A DNA stretch of 64,000 nt from Eledone cirrhosa. Lineage: Eukaryota. The notes beneath the pieces are model-generated. The model saw only the letters and a list, made by a program, of their open reading frames with translations, made no database searches and was not told the DNA's origin. How positions within the stretch are numbered: the first letter of the stretch is position 1; each line of letters starts with the position of its first letter. The DNA is taken from the NCBI GenBank assembly GCA_964016885.1, contig OZ024749.1:40114001-40178000 (forward strand), read 5' to 3'. A program made the translations under genes and the position numbers. This document shows, piece by piece, positions 60,627-64,000 of the stretch.

Positions 60627-61060
60627 GGCGGTGGATTGGCAGTATCGGTAGAGTGTCAGACGCCATGCTTTATAGCATACAGTTACGGCCCTTTATGATC
60701 TGAGTTCAAAGTTAACGCTGGCGGGATTTGAACTCAGATCATAAAGGGCCGTAACTCTGTGCTGCAAAGCATGGCGTCCGACCCCGACCCTCTACCAATA
60801 CTGCCAATCCACCTACTATAATATTTCTATTCATTGTGGATTGGCAGTATCGGTAGAGTGTCAGACGCCATGCTTTATAGCATAGAGTTACGTCCCTTTA
60901 CGTTCTGAGTTCAAATCCTGCCGAGGTTAACTTTTCCTTTTACCCTTACGTGGTCGATAAAATAAGGCACCAGTAATGCACTGGGGAAGATTTAATTGAC
61001 TTTTGCCTTCCACCACCAAAATTGTTGGCTTTGTGCCTAAATCCGAAACCATTATTATTA
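60385..61060. mobile_element. SINE cluster: plus copy, inverted pair of heads (60626-60813), plus copy
   Basis: Family sequence with A/B boxes; (TTA)n tail at 60581-60625. Confidence 0.9.
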
Positions 61061-61370
61061 TTAGAATAACTTCTGACTTGGTGACTGTGTGTGATTGTTG
61101 TTGGCAGGACAACGGTTAGTGTAGACGTCCATTCCATTATTCCATTCCAAGAGTTTGGATTAATAAATTCCAACTCGAAAAATATCTTTAATGGACACGG
61201 CAGCGGTCCAATAAATTGTATTGTTGATAATCCTATAGTTGTGTTCTCACCACCACCGCCGCCGCCAACACCACCACCACCACCACCACTGCCAGCTTCA
61301 ACAACAGTAACAACAACAACGACGATAACAACAACAATGATAATGGCAACTACAATAACAACAATAGCAA

Positions 61371-61481
<111 letters not shown>

Positions 61482-61482
61482 C

Positions 61483-61590
<108 letters not shown>

Positions 61591-61849
61591 CTGTCTATCT
61601 CTCTGTGTCTCTATCTGAATATTTAAAATTGTTTTGGTTCACTACATTTTATATACTAAAAAGGAAAGGAAAATGTGTATATCGATTAATGTGTATATCG
61701 ATTTGGCGGAGTGGTTAGAGTGTTTTGGAGTTTTTTGTGTGCTCTGAGTTCAAATCCTTTCGAGGTCCTCAACCCTTTATCCTTTCGAGGTTTCTATAAA
61801 GAAAATATCATCCCAGTACTGGTGCAGGTCTCACTGTCTCTCCTGTAGA

Positions 61850-61908
61850 TTCTGTTGGACCAACTGAAGGAATGAGAGCTGAGAGGCTAACTGTTTGCGT
61901 GTACAAGG
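61850..61908 (+). other. Candidate 59-nt exon
   Basis: ctcactgtctctcctgtag acceptor, AAG|gtaatc donor, open frame SVGPTEGMRAERLTVCVYK; unsupported otherwise. Confidence 0.25.
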
Positions 61909-62339
61909 TAATCTAAATCTCTTAAGGAAGACACGAACCATAGCCCTAACCCTAACCCTTAACGAAAACATGGTAGATATTACCAAGTCATACTCGATTG
62001 CAAATAACGGCTTTGAGGATTCATATATAAATAAAACGTACATACGTAAATTTATTCCCAATATAACAACAAACACGCTGTATCAGTAGATTGGATGGAT
62101 GGTCCTGTAATTCCTGAGGAAGTCATAGGAGCGACGTTTTGGCATACGGCGTTTCTAGGGCATTTTTAAACCTGGCGGGTTTTTAAACCTGGCGGGGCCC
62201 ATCTCTTCTCCAGATCTGAATATAGCAGATTTCTTCCACAGAAGGGTATTGAGTGAGAGAATGGAAGTGGAGAAGAGACACACAGGAAGAATCAACCTCA
62301 GAACTAGACTGGTGCAATTTTTTTTTTTTTTTTTTTTTT

Positions 62340-62435
62340 CAACCCGGAATGAATGAGAGGCAAAGTTGACCTCGGCGGGATTCGAACTCAGAGAGCTGAG
62401 AATCGTCGTTTTAACGACGGGGCCAATTCGTCGCT
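62340..62435 (-). mobile_element. Degenerate SINE fragment
   Basis: aggcaaagttgacctcggcgggattcgaactcaga. Confidence 0.75.
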
Positions 62436-62776
62436 TATGCCAGTAGATTACTTGAGTTATTTATCTATAGAGATAAAATAAAAGATTAGATAATGATTGT
62501 TCTCATTAATAAGGGTGTAATTTTAAATAACTAATTAAAATTACTTGGCTTGCTACAACAAGAATGCTAGGAGTCATTTTAGTCAATCTGTCTATCTATT
62601 TATCTATCTATCTATCTCTGTACCTATGTCAATCTGTGTGTCAGCGTATTTATATATATTTATCTATGTCTATGTGTATCTAAGAAGAGGAAATCTCAGT
62701 CATCCCTCCCACTAATCTTGGGGCTTCTGATAAGGGTCAAGGGCATTGCTCATCACAGCTTGACTACATACACACA

Positions 62777-62869
<93 letters not shown>

Positions 62870-62874
62870 TATAT

Positions 62875-63277
62875 ACTAGCCGAATTACCCGCGCCTTGCT
62901 GCGTTTCACATATTTTTTTAGTAAGAAAATGAGGATTGATTTTAAATCAGTGATATAATTTATGGATAAAAACTCAATCAGGGTGTCTTAGTATTATTGA
63001 AATTTGCTGAAATGTTGTGAATAGACATCATATCTTGTCATTTGCCTATGGTTTAAATTTCATATAAATGGAAAAACTCATATGAAGGGAAAAACTTTTC
63101 AGCTGGGGTTTGTGCCCCCGGGGAACCCTTTGATTAAAATGAAATATACTTATCCAAGTACCCTGGGCAATGTAGTTCAGCATATATATGGTTATGGAGG
63201 TCTATCTCCAAAACCATATGAGGAGTTCGTGAACACACAAACAAGCAGACAGGAACTACAACTTTATATATATATAA
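62875..63277 (+). mobile_element. Non-autonomous Helitron/Helentron-like element (Lep1-like ends)
   Basis: Starts actagccgaattacccgcgccttgc and ends with ACAN-like repeats then ctttatatatat. Confidence 0.55.
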
Positions 63278-63480
63278 ACAGTAGGCTGGACAATAACAAA
63301 TATTTAACTCCGTTCCTGCACCAACCACGAGATACTACATCTACGATAAATGATTTACATAGCGTCGAGTGCTTTAAATTATTACATCCTATTTTGCTAA
63401 CTGGAATGACCAGACCTAAACATTGGTAAACCACACAAAATAAATGGAATATATCTATAATATAAATATATATATATATA

Positions 63481-63766
63481 TAATGTATAATTAACAATAC
63501 AATATAATTAATTACCTCATTACCACAGGTTTCCCGAATAAATGAATACGAAAAACGTCCTCATTCGTTCATCGGACAAGGCAATTATTGCCTTGTCTGA
63601 TGAACGAATGAGGACGTTTTTCGTATTCGTCTTATTCGGGAAACCTCTGGTAATGAGGTAATTATATTGTATTGTTTATTATACATTAAATTTAGCTCTG
63701 TAACTTACATAGAGCACTCTTCACTCCTATGACTTTTTCAATTTTCAACGGAAACTTCAATACTTA
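63481..63766 (+). mobile_element. Family K PLE-like element: ~105-bp-arm palindrome + tail in (TA)n
   Basis: Centre 63586 (ggcaat-t-attgcc), arms 63481-63688. Confidence 0.85.
63593..63656 (+). ncRNA. Type I hammerhead ribozyme (family K)
   Basis: UUGU-CUGAUGA-ACGAAUGAGGACG...CGUCUUAUUCGG-GAAA-CC ucu GG-UA-AUGA; the left-arm copy has CCGAUGA. Confidence 0.78.
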
Positions 63767-63810
63767 TATATATATATATATATATATATTAGTGTGTATA
63801 TATATATATA

Positions 63811-63871
<61 letters not shown>

Positions 63872-63943
63872 TGTTTTGTTGTTGTTTTTTGTAAACCGCT
63901 GATGCTGTTGTAGTTGTCAGTCTATCACCAGCCAGAACAACAA

Positions 63944-63975
<32 letters not shown>

Positions 63976-64000
63976 GAAAGAATTACATCAAGTACAATAT

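Noticed and set aside
61944-61959. Telomeric CCCTAA repeats
   Set aside because: Under three units; common inside transposon relics.

Overview
AT-rich, extremely microsatellite-rich eukaryotic DNA, intronic or intergenic. It is most likely from an octopod cephalopod, because the dominant tRNA-derived SINE resembles octopus SINEs as I recall them (no database search was possible). Almost all ORFs in the supplied track are translations of simple repeats. Real content: about 20 SINE copies, 3' fragments of RTE, R4/Dong-like and Tx1-like LINEs, mariner and hAT MITEs, a Helitron-like element, compound minisatellites and a few weak exon candidates. The main signal is a dense population of short non-coding elements embedded in (TA)n tracts, from at least 8 sequence families with about 25 copies or fragments. 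They share an architecture of inverted partial copy + forward copy + unique tail, and most carry a type I hammerhead ribozyme (HHR; CUGANGA-stem II-GAAA-palindromic stem III-NUH). This matches Penelope-like element (PLE) pseudo-LTRs or retrozymes. Notable cases: a tandem ~490-nt two-HHR retrozyme-like unit with an octamer/PSE-like/TATA arrangement upstream of its HHR, a family with a covariant U3-A8 core, and hairpins with arms up to 186 bp.
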